Shown piece after piece: positions 26,412 to 41,003 of a stretch of 64,000 bases of DNA; within the stretch, counting starts at the first letter, position 1; the number at the start of each line of letters is the position of its first letter. Origin of the DNA: the human T2T-CHM13v2.0 reference genome, Homo sapiens. The stretch lies in the NCBI RefSeq assembly GCF_009914755.1, contig NC_060925.1; one strand, 5' to 3'. The notes under the pieces were generated by a model that did no database searches, was not told where the DNA came from, and saw only the letters and a program-made list of their open reading frames with translations. A program made the translations under genes and the position numbers.

Positions 26412-26928
26412 GCAAGTACCCAATTTATGTAGACTTGTAGTATTTTAATGAGCTCAGCTACTATAGGAACAATTTCTTTCACAGGTGTCAGAGATTTTCT
26501 TTTTGCTAAAATAAGTCCATGCCTTTCAGTTGGAATGTCCTTAGGTTTGACTTTCTGCTTTATCTAGCATATTTGTGGTGTCTTGAAAACTAAAAAAATA
26601 TATCCAAGCTTGATGTGATCTGTGTCACTAGGCCTCGTGCTTATGTCTGTTGTTTAAAACCGACCTTTCTTTGAGCGTTTCTGTGTTTCATTACATTTTC
26701 AGAGCTGTTATTGTTATTATTTTAACTCATAGCTTTATGCATGGCTATTTGTCATTAACCTTTATTTCATTTTCAAATGTCTGTCACTATGTGACTATGT
26801 TCTGAGCTTTTTCATGGAAAGTAAAATTTCATGGCACTGTTATATATTTTAAGTAACCAAATTTTGGTGATATGGCTTTAGGCTATTGTAATTTTGCAAA
26901 CAGCTAATCCTTCTCCTCTGAAAATTGA

Positions 26929-27242
<314 letters not shown>

Positions 27243-28286
27243 CTGAAATTGTTATGTGGTTTCCTAATGCAAGTATTTTTCTTTCAAAGCCTATTTGGTT
27301 ATTTTATTTTCAATGAGACTTCCTGTGACTGATATCTGGGCTGTTACCCAGTCTTAACCAATTTATTAAAGTTTAGAATTAAGCAGGAGGATTAATGGTC
27401 AAATTTTTTGTTTCCAGGTTTTTTAATTTTTATTTTTTGGTATGGTAATTACTGCAGTGTATGGTTTAATAAAGTGTAGTATTTCCAGAGAGAAAACTGA
27501 AAATTTTATTTTGCCATTATTGATCTATATGTTGCTGTTGTTATTAATCATTACTCTGGTCTGGATAAATAAAGAGATTAAAAAATGGTAATATATAAAT
27601 GATTATCCATAGAAAGGAGTGATCAGTTATAACGTTATTTTCATCAGCCTTGTAGTTTTTAAAATTTTAGTGTCATGCAGCTTATGACTTTAGTTGATTT
27701 GTGCATTAATTCTAAATTAAATTTCAGCAGTGTACTATTAAGTAGGGAAGAGAAACTTTAGTGACTTTTGATATTAGACTAGAAGCTTATTTTACAAAAG
27801 CTTAGTATTTTAGTTTTTCAGGTTCATTTTTTGTTTACAACAAAGTTTGAAATTATTAAAATATATAAAGTTTCTTTTAAAAATTTCTATTCTTTCATGT
27901 AAACCTTCTCAGTTATGCTTAAGTTATGAAAGAGTAAAACAATTCTCAATTTAGTTTCATTTCTACCTGAAATAACCCCTCCTGATTTTTAAACATCCCT
28001 GAGTCATATCAACTTTGATATGCAAATCAGCTTTTATAAAGAAAGATCATTTTTATTTGGCATTAGCATTTAAAAAATGCATCTTGCCATTTCATCTGTC
28101 TTTATAGATAACAACTTAGAACTAAATTGCCATAAATTTAATTTTTTTATTGTTAAGTTGCGTTTTTTAAATTTAACAACTTTGAGAAGATCTTTTATCT
28201 TCTTCAAATCATGAGGTTGGGCTGGGCAAATTCTAAAGTTTCTTGAAATATAGGAAGTAATTTGAAATACTGTTTTAGGATTTATG

Positions 28287-28412
28287 GTTTTTTTGAGATG
28301 GGGTCTTGCTATATGGCCCAGGCTGGTCTTGAGCTCCTGAGCTCAAACAATCCTCCTGCCTCAGTCTCTGGAATATCTAGGATTACAGATGCATGCCACA
28401 GTGTACCCAGCT
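28287..28412 (-). mobile_element. FLAM-like Alu monomer
   Basis: Monomeric Alu with TSD taggatttatg on both sides. Confidence 0.85.
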
Positions 28413-29866
28413 TCTAGGATTTATGTTTTCAAGACATTTATTAGTTAGAATTTCTGGATCTCCTCAAGTATTTTTATTTAGCTGAATTTAGTTTTGAATT
28501 GTTCACTCTCTAGAATGTCTCCATCACAGATAAAGTAGTAATTTGTGTGATGTGTTGAACACTATTTTATAAAGCGCAGTATAGTTACCATAAGACATGA
28601 ATTAGGAAGTATAATTTGAGGAAAAACTGCTGCAAGGAATAAACACATTGCATGAAGCTGAAACCTATTTCTGGTTATTAGTAACTTTTAGAAAGAAACC
28701 AATGTCAAATAGCTCAACGGGGTACCGTATATTAGGGAAAAATGAAAGTTTCTCTCATACTGCTGAGTATTTTTGATTATACCCAGAAATGATATTCATT
28801 CCTAGCTTGCCACAGGTGATGCCAGTTAATGAGCACAGCCCCAGCCACAGCGTTGGAGGAGGAGTTCTGGAGGCCTCTATTGTATTTATGGATTTGGAGG
28901 TAGCCCGAGCAACGGGGGGTGTCCTGGAGGACCCCTGGGGTGGTCAGGGTTAGGGAGCACTGTGGGGACTTGCGGCAGCAACTGTTTACCAAGAAGGATA
29001 GATATTTTCCACTTAACCATTTTATTCATAAGGATGTGCACCAGCTAGATATCATGTCTGATGATATGTGACTCATGGATGCTGCTGGCACTTGTAGGAA
29101 CCAAGTCTTCTGAACTCCAAATATCATCTTTTCTAGTGCCTTATAATGTCCCCTTTACACTCATTATGGAACTCTAATGGGGAATTTTTTTATCAATCAA
29201 ATTACTATCTCCAGGTTAATAAATCATGTGTAGTTTGCTTAAATGAAGAGCCACTTTTCCTAGGATGAAGTGTGTCAGGAAGGTAATGTGAATTTTCAAG
29301 AAATCATTTCTTTCCTTTCAGATGAACAGTGAGTCAAAAAGAACCTCGTGTTGCCCTGATTCCCAACTCTTTCATAATCAACTTTCTTTACGAAGCCCTG
29401 TTCTTTTTTATTTAATAATTCTTCTTTAATTTCTTACGTAATTCAGTAAATTAAACAATACTTATACTATTTCATGTCCAAAATGTTATATGCACATAGC
29501 AATACAAACACACTTGATGATAAGGAAAATTTTTCCATTTAGAACCATGCCTTTGTTTTTTGTGGTTAAGGACCATTTTGCTAGTATTCTTGGGTCATGA
29601 ATAAATACATGGTTTTCATAAAATGGTTAAGGAAACTTAGCAGAAAACTCCCAATGTCATTTGTGACAAAGTAAATCATGAACATTACGATAACAGAAGA
29701 AGATGTGTAAGATGAAATGGGAGAAAATATTACCTAATGTATGAAGTTTTGGTTCCCTAAAAAGTTGCTTATTGTGACTATTAGTAAAATAACTCATATT
29801 TTTGTGGCACCAAAATCATTCTGAAGGATTTCATCTAAGTGGATTTTCTAAAATGTCTGTTTAATT

Positions 29867-29868
<2 letters not shown>

Positions 29869-29897
<29 letters not shown>
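29869..29897. repeat. (AT)n microsatellite
   Basis: Read directly. Confidence 0.95.
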
Positions 29898-29900
<3 letters not shown>

Positions 29901-32010
29901 AAAAGAGAGACCTAGATCCAGTATTTATATAATTACATTGACTATCATTTAGCTTTTATTCTTATTAAAATCATGTCAATAGTAAATAGGCCAAGACCTG
30001 TCTATCTCAGTAGCTGCCCACAGAAGCTTTCAGATCTTGAGGATGGAGACAGTACACAGGCAACGAGAAGGAGAAGGTGTCTGTTGAGCAGCAACCATCT
30101 CTTTGGCCCCGTTTTCTCTGGGCGTCTGCCTATGCACATTCTGGCTTCTGCTGTTCTTTCTATTTCCCCCACTGGGTTTTCTGTGGTTCTGGATAACTTG
30201 TCGCTTGCAGATCTACCTCTGTATTGCTCTTCTTGCTCTTCAGATCTATTTTGCGTATGGATGATATAGCATAGGGTTAAAAACAGGGGTTTATTGTCTT
30301 AGAGAACTGCTTGAGAATACCAGTTCTGCCATAGTTAGCTCTGTGGCTTTGGGAAAGATAACTTTATCATCAAGGCTTAGTAATTATTAAATGATGGTGC
30401 ATGTTATTATTGTTTTATTTATTCTTTTTTGTATACTTTTAAACTCCCTGGGTTGGACTGCTATTAATTCCTGACTGCCTTTTCTCTGGGCTTGATGGCT
30501 TTCTTCCTTCTCTGGGACATAGCCAGTCCAGTTCCCACTTCCTCCCCTCGACCCCAGTATTCTCATCAATCCTGGCACATGTAGTTTGCCGATTTAATGA
30601 TGCCGCAGCAGTGTTAGAATAGGGAGTTGATGATAGCATTTGCTTGTTTCCATGTGTTTTGTAGTTAATAAAGTTTCATAATTTAAGTAATATTGTGCTT
30701 TTGGCTATTCCTTTTATCTTAATTCACAAAATTATGATAGACACTTTTCTCTCACACAACTTTATTTGTAATGCCAAAGTTAATTTAAGGATTTCATCTC
30801 CTATGAGCACAGATATCAAGTGAGAGGTGACGTAGTATAGTAGAAAGGGCTTTGGTTTTGGAGTCCAGGAAATTTACTGAAAGTTCTTTTTCAAATAATA
30901 TTTATAATAATTATCATCTGTTGAAAAGGCGTTGCTTTGGTTTAATGCCATGAGTCCAATATATGGCTTGTATATTCTGTTGAGGACAGCGTATTTTAAA
31001 ATACACGTTGAGTGTCCTTTCTGTCTTTCGGGTGAATTATTTCTGGGGGGATTGTAGGACCCTGTCCTTTTCAACTTTAGCTTATGGCCACTTGACTGGG
31101 TCCCTTTATTATTAGAATATTGTAGATTGAACTAGAGAAAAAATTAAAATTAATCATTCTTTGCTCCTTACATCGTGCTCTTTGATGGAGTAATAGATTA
31201 ACATTTATAATTCAGGTGATTATGATTTGGATCATTCATTCATTTGCTATATAATCCTCATGATCGTGGGTATTGGTAGTTTACCGCTATGTAAGTTATG
31301 GATGATACTTTAAAAATCTATAAAATTCACAATGTAATGTTATAAATATTGTGATGAGCAAATAATATTGAAATGAATATTAAATAAATCCAATTCTAAT
31401 CATTTGGTGCTTTTTCAACATTTATAAGGTAACTTATATCTTATAAAGGTTCTATGTATAGAAATTTAAGTGTTTTTTTGTCATCAATGAGTTTACAACT
31501 GCAGGGATAGAAAAACAATTATAGTATAATTTCATGTATGTTATAGAAGTATATATAATTATCATGTTGGCATGAAGAAGGAATTGTGTACGTGGAACTT
31601 GTTGTTCCTTTACATTTTCTTGGCACTTTTTAGAATCATTTCCAAAACTATTAGAAGTAATATTAAAACTATTAATAGAAAAATCATTTCAAAATTTTTT
31701 CCAAGGAACAATTTGAGCTCATTAGGCAATTCCTTAAAATTTTAATAGAAAATAATACTTGTCAGGAAGACAATCCAAAACATGTCCAGAGATATTCTTA
31801 AAATGATTTTTATGTTTCAGTTTAGTAAAATGGCTTATTGTTTTATAAGAAACTGTAATGATGTTTCCTCTTTCTAAATTATGTACTGTCTTCAAAGTAC
31901 AAAATATTACAATGACTTAATTATTAACAGAGGTATAGATCAGACTCAGACATGTCCAGCTTTTATGAAAAATGGAGCTGTAGAATGTGGAGTAGTAAAA
32001 AACTTGTGTT

Positions 32011-32328
32011 GGCTGGGCACGGTGGCTCACGCCTGTAATCCCAGCACTTTGGGAGGCCGAGGTGGGTGGATCACTTGAGGTCAGGAGTTTGAGACCAGCC
32101 TGGCCAATGTGGAGAAACCCCGTCTCTTATGAAAAATACAAAAATTAGCTGGGTGTGGTGGCGCACACCTGTAATCCCAGCTACTCGGGAGGCTGAAGCA
32201 AGAGAATCGCTTGAACCCAGGAGATGGAGGTTGTAGAGAGCAGAGATTGCACCACTGTTCTCCAGCCTGGGCAACAAAGTGAGACTCCATCTCTAAATAA
32301 ATAAATAAATTAATTAATTAATTAAATA
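32011..32328 (+). mobile_element. AluS with (TAAA)n/(TTAA)n tail
   Basis: Full dimer, flanked by an acttgtgt duplication. Confidence 0.95.
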
Positions 32329-32405
32329 AAACACTTGTGTCATTCTTTTTATAAAACCCCTATCTCTTTAAGACATGTACTCTAAGAACATTCAAAAATG
32401 CATGG

Positions 32406-32726
<321 letters not shown>

Positions 32727-32904
32727 CTAAATTTACTGGTAAATAAATTAAAAAAATACATTTGTGAAGCACTGAAGCCCCATAAATTACTTTTTAAAAG
32801 TACATTTATCAAACACTGAAGCTCCAATTTCACACAAGTAATTGCATCTAAGATCATTTTATATAAATGCAAGAGCAAAAGATGAAGAAGATCTGTGTAT
32901 TATC

Positions 32905-33110
32905 TCATAGTGGTTAAAGCTCATAGATTATAGTACAAACTCCCTGAGTTCATTTCCTGGTAACATAAGTGACTTAACCTTTCTGTGCCTCAATTTTCTC
33001 ATTTATAATGTGGGGAAAATAATAGCATCTCCCTTTGTTGTGGGAATCAAATAATATAAGTAAAGTGTGTAGAACAATCGTGGCATGCAAGAAGCACTAT
33101 GAGTATGCTG
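32905..33110 (+). mobile_element. MIR
   Basis: catagtggttaaagc ... aagtgacttaacctttctgtgcctcaattttctcatttataatgtgggga. Confidence 0.8.
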
Positions 33111-33264
33111 TCATCATTGTGATGGTCTCTGCATTGAGTATGCCTGAGTAAGCTCCTATCAGATCTGATCCTTCTGAAGAAAATAACTATAATCTCTGGA
33201 CAAAATACAAAAACAAAACTACACCCACAATAATAAAACCTTCAATTACCTGAAGCCCCTAGCT

Positions 33265-33580
33265 ATAGTTGCTCTATGGCCGCCTTTACAAGTTACCGCT
33301 AAGTTGGTGGCTTAAAACAACATACATTTATTATTTTCTAGCGTTAGAGGTCACAAGTCTAAAATCAATCTCCATTGGCTAAAATCAGGGTGTTGGCAGC
33401 ACTGCATTGCTTCCAGGGACTCTAGGGAAAAATCTGTTTCCTTGCCTTTTCTAGCCTGCATTCTTGGCTTGTGACCCATCCTCCACCCTCAAAGCCAGCA
33501 GTGACCTACCATGTCACATCGTCACAGGTGCCAGGGATTAGGATGTGGATGGTTCCGGGGTGCCATTATGTGGGCTACCC
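33265..33580 (-). mobile_element. MaLR LTR fragment (MLT1)
   Basis: ggtggcttaaaacaacatacatttatta ... aaaatctgtttccttgccttttctagc. Confidence 0.7.
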
Positions 33581-36500
33581 TATCATGGATGTGCTGAGCT
33601 CGAGTAAGATGTTATTGACAAGATCAAATGGAAGTGAGAACAATCTAGTTGAAAAATGACTGAAAAGTCTACTTTTTGATTTGACAGGAGCCTGATTTTC
33701 TTGCAAACCGATCAATAGGAATTTCAGTCTGTCTTATGTACATACCAATTTATAGATTCACATACATTTTGTATTTAACGGGCTTCATTCTCTGAAGGTT
33801 TTCTGAGTTTCCAGTAGTTAATCACATGATTTAGAATTTAAATTTAAGTATATTTTCATATTGCATGCATAGTAGACACTAATTACTTTTAACAATAACA
33901 TTAATCAAAAATAACTAAAAAAATGAGGATATATATAAATGCAATTTGTTGAGTTCCTATCGTATTCCAGACAGGCATCTTCCTAAGCCATGAATACAAA
34001 ATAGTGAGTGTGGTATTATTTTTCTTTGTTAATAGCAGCCTGTTCAGTCTTTGGCTATAGTCTCTTCTGTGTCAGGTAACAGTATTTGAAGTATGGTCAC
34101 AGTTCCAACAGTAGATCTTCATATTTCTTTTACATCCTCATTCTTCTGGTATTATGGTATCTGCTCAGAGGCACTACATCGTAAAGCCTTTTTTGTTCAA
34201 GCTTTAGGGCAGATAGATCAAGGATCAAAATGAAAAGAGTTAATGTTGTGTCCACGCTAGTTGAGTTTTATATTAATGATTTCTTTCCATTAAAGCACAT
34301 TGGGGTAATGTGGAGGAAAAGGAGTTGATGAATTTTGTAGTTCATATGATACAAATTGTGTTCTGTATATTATTAAAAGTAAATTTCTCAAATGGCAGGG
34401 CTAATGACTCACTGGAAAAAAATGAGGTTTAACACTTGATGTTCATCCATTTTCAAATATGCTCTGTATGAGTCTCCATTAAGTCTCTGTATAAGTCTTC
34501 TGTATTTTAATTCTGTAAAATACAGAATTAAACTCCATTAAAATACAGAATTAGTATGTAAAACTGTGACCATACTTTAAATAGTGTAAATGTAGAGATA
34601 CCTGCCACTGAAGAGACTATAGCCAAAGAATGAACAGGCTCCTATTAACAAAGAAAAATAATACCACACTCATCATGTTTTATTTGTGTTTCAGGAAGAT
34701 GCCTGCTTGGAATATGATAAGAACTCAACAAATTGAGCATTTATATATATCTTCATTTGTTTATTTAGTTATTTTTAATTAATGCTATTGTTAAAAGTAA
34801 TTAGTGTCTATTATGCATGCAATATGCAAATATACTTAAATTTAAATTCTAAATCATTGAAATGTTTTATTTTTATAACAGTAATATATGAGTATAAAAT
34901 AAAAATGCCCTCTTCATAGTCCTCATTCCCCCCTAAGATAACCACAGCTAAAAGATTAGTATATAGCCATCTATAACTTTATACATAAAAATATTATTAT
35001 ATAAATGGAATCATATACTGTCTTGTCATCTTTTACCACCTAATTATATATGGTTTTTAAAAAATCAGGACACAAAATGTCCAGAGGAAGAGAAGATTCA
35101 GATTTAGTTGATCCAAGCTCTAGGTGAGATTTCTGTAGTTCTCTTTGCCCTGTTCTGTGTTTGCTTGGTTCACAGGCTAGCTTCCCTCATGATTACAGGA
35201 TACCTTGTAGGAATTTCAGGGATGATATCCAAAGGCAACATCATCTATAGGCACAAAAAGGAGCTGACTTTCTTTATTTCTAAAAGCAAGGCACTTTCCC
35301 CAGGAATTCCCTGGCAGAATTTCCCTCATACCCATTGTCACACACCCATAGCTAATTTATTTACTCGCAAGAGAAAATGGGGCCAGCACAACTGGCTCCG
35401 ACCATGGGGATGGCAATAGGGAAGGATACTTTGAAGAACTAGGTTCTTTTATTGGGAGAAGGAAGAGAACTGCATGTGAAAATGAAGGTCAGATAATTTC
35501 TAACATTGTCTGCTACATCATATAGCAGATACATAGTTAGCATCTGTATGCTTTCACTGGAAATGTTTATATTTGGGACCCTCCATGTTCTTGAGCCAAA
35601 CTAGGACCAACAAGTAAAATCTTTGCCTATGAAAACAAATCCAACTCTGTGCTCAGGTGTCTCCATGACCAAGAAATAGAAAGCGCATGTCCATTCTCCA
35701 CCTGTCTCATTCGTACAGTGTTCATTCAACAAAAATAGATTGAGTTGCTTTTGTGCATTCTGGAGCTAGGGGGACAGGTATGAATAACAATGCCTCCTTG
35801 CTCTTGAGAATCTTAGCAATCTAATAATAAAGAGAGAAGATAAATATAATGTGGTATGAATCTGCTTTCATAGTAAATAGTTCAATCAGAGAGCAGAGAA
35901 GAGATCTAATTACCTACCCAACACTCTCCCCTTGTACGTCCTCATAACTGTGAAATGCTGAATGGATTAGTGTGTGTTTATATTGTAGACAATACGATGC
36001 TACTAGCTATTTATATCTGAAACTTCTATTCTCAAATATCTAGTCTAACTTAACCTTATTTTAAGAGGCTGTGTTCTGTTACCTACCTATTGAAGAACAT
36101 CCTTGGTAAAGCATAAATAGTACTTCAATAATTAGATTATAATGCCAATAAATTCACAAATTTACTAATTAATGTAATATTTAGCCAGCATCTTGTCCAA
36201 AGCCTCTGTATATAAATATTTACCTACCTGTCATCTGCAAAATTGATGCAGTGATGTAATGGTGAATGTGATTATAATCTCTTGAAGGGTTCATAGCTAA
36301 AAATATTCACTGAGCAACAATTATCCATCTGTCACTTAGGTGAATGTGGAAATTTGTCTGTGGTTGAAAGATGCATCTTTCAGTTTTACTGCCTTTCTGT
36401 TTCTAGAAAGACAACTTTCTACTCAGAAGCCAAGGATATTCCATATTTCTAAGTATTTGAATGACGTGGTTTCCAGACTCTGTCATCAAACTCAATAAAG

Positions 36501-36786
36501 ACGTCAATTTAAGCAGGATGTAATTTAATCACAGTGGCGTAGTTAGGCACTGTTTTAGATTATGAATCTTAAATGTATAGATTATTTTATTTGATTAGTC
36601 TCATTCAATTTGGACATCTTCCTCAGCTATTTGTGTGTGTTTATAATAGAAAAAATTTTCATTTGTAAACATATGATAGCAAATAAATGACATGGCATAT
36701 TTCTGATTCAATCTTAATAAACTATTCTGCAATTTATGAGTGACTTAAAGATATGTGGAACCTATTGAGTCAGCCATTCTCAAACA

Positions 36787-36845
36787 TTTTTCTTTTTTGA
36801 GATAGAGTCTCATTCTGTCACCCAGGCTGGAGTGCAATGGTGCAG
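36787..36845 (-). mobile_element. Short Alu 3' fragment
   Basis: ttttgagatagagtctcattctgtcacccaggctggagtgcaatgg, then an abrupt end. Confidence 0.8.
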
Positions 36846-37314
36846 TATCCTCCCCAAAAAACAAACACAAAAGCAAAAACAACAATTAACACTCCTTCCT
36901 GCATTTTTTTGGTGTGTTTTCTTCAAAGCACTGAACACCTTCTGAAGACTATGTATTCGCGGTCTGTTTATTGCCTTCCTATCCCCATTAGAGTGTAAAT
37001 CTCAGGAATGCAGGTCTTTGGGTCTGTGGTATTCGCTTGCTATACCACTAACATCCAAGACAATGCATGTTATGTACTAGGTAGTAAGGAAATATTTGCT
37101 GACTGGAGGGACTGCAAGATGGAATTTATAGACCAAAATCAAGGGGCTGAAAAGTACCAAAAATTCTGTTTCTGCTACTGTAGTAACAGTTTTGAACATA
37201 TGATAGAGCTTTTTTGTCTGTTAAATACAGCTGTTTTTGAATTTGCCTCTCTATTGTGGGAGAAAAGGAATGTTTTTGAAAGGAAAAGTCAGAAAATAAC
37301 CTTTTGGGTTCGGT

Positions 37315-37443
37315 AATCCTCCATCCTCATTTGCCTGACACAGTCCAGGTTAATACCTGTGGTCACAGCATAATCACTATTAGTTCCCCCTTTCGTTGTC
37401 CAAAGTGTCCCAGTCTGGATGAGAAATTACATGGTTATCCCTA
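37315..37443. mobile_element. MER81-like non-autonomous DNA transposon
   Basis: aaagtgtcccagtctggatgagaaattacatggttatcccta resembles the MER81 terminal repeat. Confidence 0.6.
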
Positions 37444-37593
37444 GTCATGGTGTCTTTGTGAATCAGATAAAACTTATAGAATCTATTTACAGAAGGCAAT
37501 ACAAATAATATGCACGCATACAAAATCTTGTATTTCATCTCTGATTTGAAGACTTAAAAGAAGTCTTCCTTTTTGTTGAGTTAAATAACTTCC

Positions 37594-37888
<295 letters not shown>

Positions 37889-38362
37889 CTCATACAACCT
37901 CTTTAGTGATTGTTGCAGTCACACATTCTGAGAAGATACACTTTTTTGCAAGTAATCCCTGAAGTGTGAGAGAAGGGCAAAGACCAGCAGGATCTACATA
38001 ACTTGAGGATTACAGAGACCAGATGGAACATTCTGAGAGTGAGCATGAGGTCAGTACTCGTAGTACAAACTGATTACTTTCATGTGGCTTCTGAGATCAG
38101 GCCACATGTGACCCATGACTTCCTGGTGAAGCATTAAGTCTTAAGACCACGTGGAACTGTAGAAGGGTCCTTTGCTGGAACCAGAAACCTTAGAACTGTC
38201 CTTAGACCACTGAAAAAAGTACAAAGAGCAGCGCAGCAAGAACACACAGAATGGGCCTAATATTGCCGCGCACTGATTTCCATAGCCCTGGAAAATGTGA
38301 GCCATATGTGAGACAAGAAGAACATATTGAAAGCCTTGCAGTATCTGACAAAAGAGAAAAGT

Positions 38363-38670
38363 AGGCCAGGCGCTGTGGCCCACGCCTGTAATGCAAGCAC
38401 TTTGGGAGTCTGAGGTGGGAGGATCACTTGAGCCCAGGAGTTTGAGACCAGCTTGGGCAACGTGGTGACACTGTCTCTACAAAAGATAAAAAAAATTAGC
38501 TGGACATGGTGGCTAATAGCCATAGCCAGCATACCTATAGACCCAGCTACTTCAGAGGCTGAGGTGGTGGGATTGCTTGAGCTTGGGAGATCGAGGCTGC
38601 GGTGAGCTGTGTTTGTGCCACTACACTCCAACCTGGGTGACAGAGCGAGATGCTGTCTCAAAAAAAAAAA
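38363..38670 (+). mobile_element. AluJ-like with a small internal insertion
   Basis: cacttgagcccaggagtttgag and gatcgaggctgc; extra taatagccatagcca in the right arm. Confidence 0.9.
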
Positions 38671-39236
38671 GCATCCCAAATCTCACACAACAATGAATGA
38701 GATTGGACAATGCAAAGATAAAGCTAAATGAAAGTTAAATAACACGAGAGATCACAGAAGAAACAGCAGCTAAACCAGCAAAATTAAATACTTCATAAGC
38801 TGGTGTTAATTGCATTTGTTCACTCTATTGATATATGATGAGTAACCACGTTCTAGATTCTGTGTAGAGTAAATAGTGAGAGCGAGCTGAATTGCTACAG
38901 AGGCCTCTTCCAGAATAGGACATAAATGGAGCGTGTGCATTGTAGTGTATAAACACTCAATAAGTGATTTTTTTTTTCAGATGAAGAAATAGAAACAATG
39001 TACCAAGGTCAGCGATTAAAAATAGTGATTATCTTTACACAGTCATGGACTGGAAGTTTTGTTTCTAATAGTTTCCAGAATAGAAGTATTTGTGTGAATG
39101 ACAATTATATGACATGTAAGGAAATTAATTATATCATTTATTGATTCTTGAGGTACAGGCTCTAAAGCTCCAGCATGGATTTGATGTGGATGGTACTAAT
39201 GATACAGATATTTAAGTTTTGTTGATTTGTATGTAG

Positions 39237-39593
<357 letters not shown>

Positions 39594-40237
39594 TCAAGCA
39601 TTGGTTAGGAAGAAATATGTGCAGCTGGGTGAATCCAGCTAATGATCGGATTATTCTCGTGGCGTTTTGCCGGGGGCTGCCTTGATGATGTCTTCTTGGA
39701 TCTAGGTCTTTAACTTGTCTGTAACTATTGCACGCTGTCCCTCCAGCAGACCGTTCCTAATTTAACTGCTATCCTGTGACCTCAGTTCTTACAAAGGAAT
39801 CTAAAACTGTAACCTTTCTTTATTTCTGGCTCCAATTAGTTCTTTATACTATTCGTTCTCTATCCAAACTGAACTCACTCCCTGAATATGCTACACTTAA
39901 TTCAGGTATATATTCTCCACATTCTTACTACACTAATTCCTCAACCTAGAATTCTGAGCCTTTCAAAAGTTTACCACCCCTCGCTTCTCTGCAAATGTCC
40001 AAGGAGTTGTCTTCCTTAAACACTTTCATGAAGCTCCCAGCCAGAAGTAATATTTCTACTCGTAGAGTTCCTTATCACTGGGTGTTCACATTTTCTTATT
40101 TTTGTCTCTCATTTTATATAGTGATTATTTGGTATGTATTTTATACATTTTATTTACATTAGAATATGGTTTTGTTCAATGTCCATTCTTTAACCAACAC
40201 CACATTGTCTTGATTACTAGTAGCTTTATAGTAAGTC

Positions 40238-40545
40238 TTTTTTATTTATTTATTTATTTTTTGAGACAGAGTCTCGCTCTGTCACTGGGCTGGAGCGCAG
40301 TGGCACCATCTTGGTTCACTGCAACCAACCTCTGCCTCCCGGATTCAAGCAGTTCTCCTGCCTCAGCCTCCTGAGTAGCTGGGACTACAGGTGCGCACCA
40401 CCACACCCAGCTAATTTTTGTATTTTTAGTAGAGACGGGGTTTCACCTTGTTGGCCAGGATGGAATCCATCTCCCGACCTCGTGATCCGCCCACTTCGGA
40501 CTCCCAAAGTGCTGGGATTACATGTGTGAGCCACTGCGCCCAGCC
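40238..40545 (-). mobile_element. AluS inserted in an antisense L1 fragment (about 40170-40700)
   Basis: Full dimer with TSD tagtaagt. Flanks contain ccacattgtcttgattac and ttccatataaattttaaaatcagtttg (reverse L1 ORF2). Confidence 0.9.
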
Positions 40546-40821
40546 TGTAGTAAGTTTTGAAGTTACATAATGTCTGTCTCTGACTTTGTTCTTCTCCAAT
40601 GTTGTGATTATTGTGGGTCTTTTGCCTTCCCATATAAATTTTAAAATCAGTTTGTAAAAATCTACAAAATAACTTGCTGAGATTTTGATTGGGATGCACT
40701 GACTTGTTAGAATGTGTAAAAATTTTTCTGTATTCCTCTGTGTACCTGCCAGTTTTTCATAGTATATAGATCTAAAATGTAAGACTTTATTATATGAAAT
40801 TTATTATTCATAATAGATCTA

Positions 40822-41003
40822 AGCCCAGGAGGTCAAGGCTGAAGTGAGTGCTACTATATTCCAGCCTGGGTGAAAGAGAGAGACTCTGCCAAAAAATAAA
40901 AAATAAAAAATAAAAAATAAAAAAAAATATATATATGTACTATGTACATATCCTGAGGATTTGAACAAATTCAGAAAACACTGAAACAGTATTACATGAG
41001 CTG
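40822..41003 (+). repeat. Local duplicate of 41726-41881 (Alu 3' end plus unique flank)
   Basis: Shares the atypical gtgagtgctacta Alu variant and the flank catatcctgaggatttgaacaaattcagaaaaca. Confidence 0.9.

Noticed and set aside
26216-26482. 88-aa minus-strand ORF over exon 3
   Set aside because: Antisense shadow of the real + strand exon.
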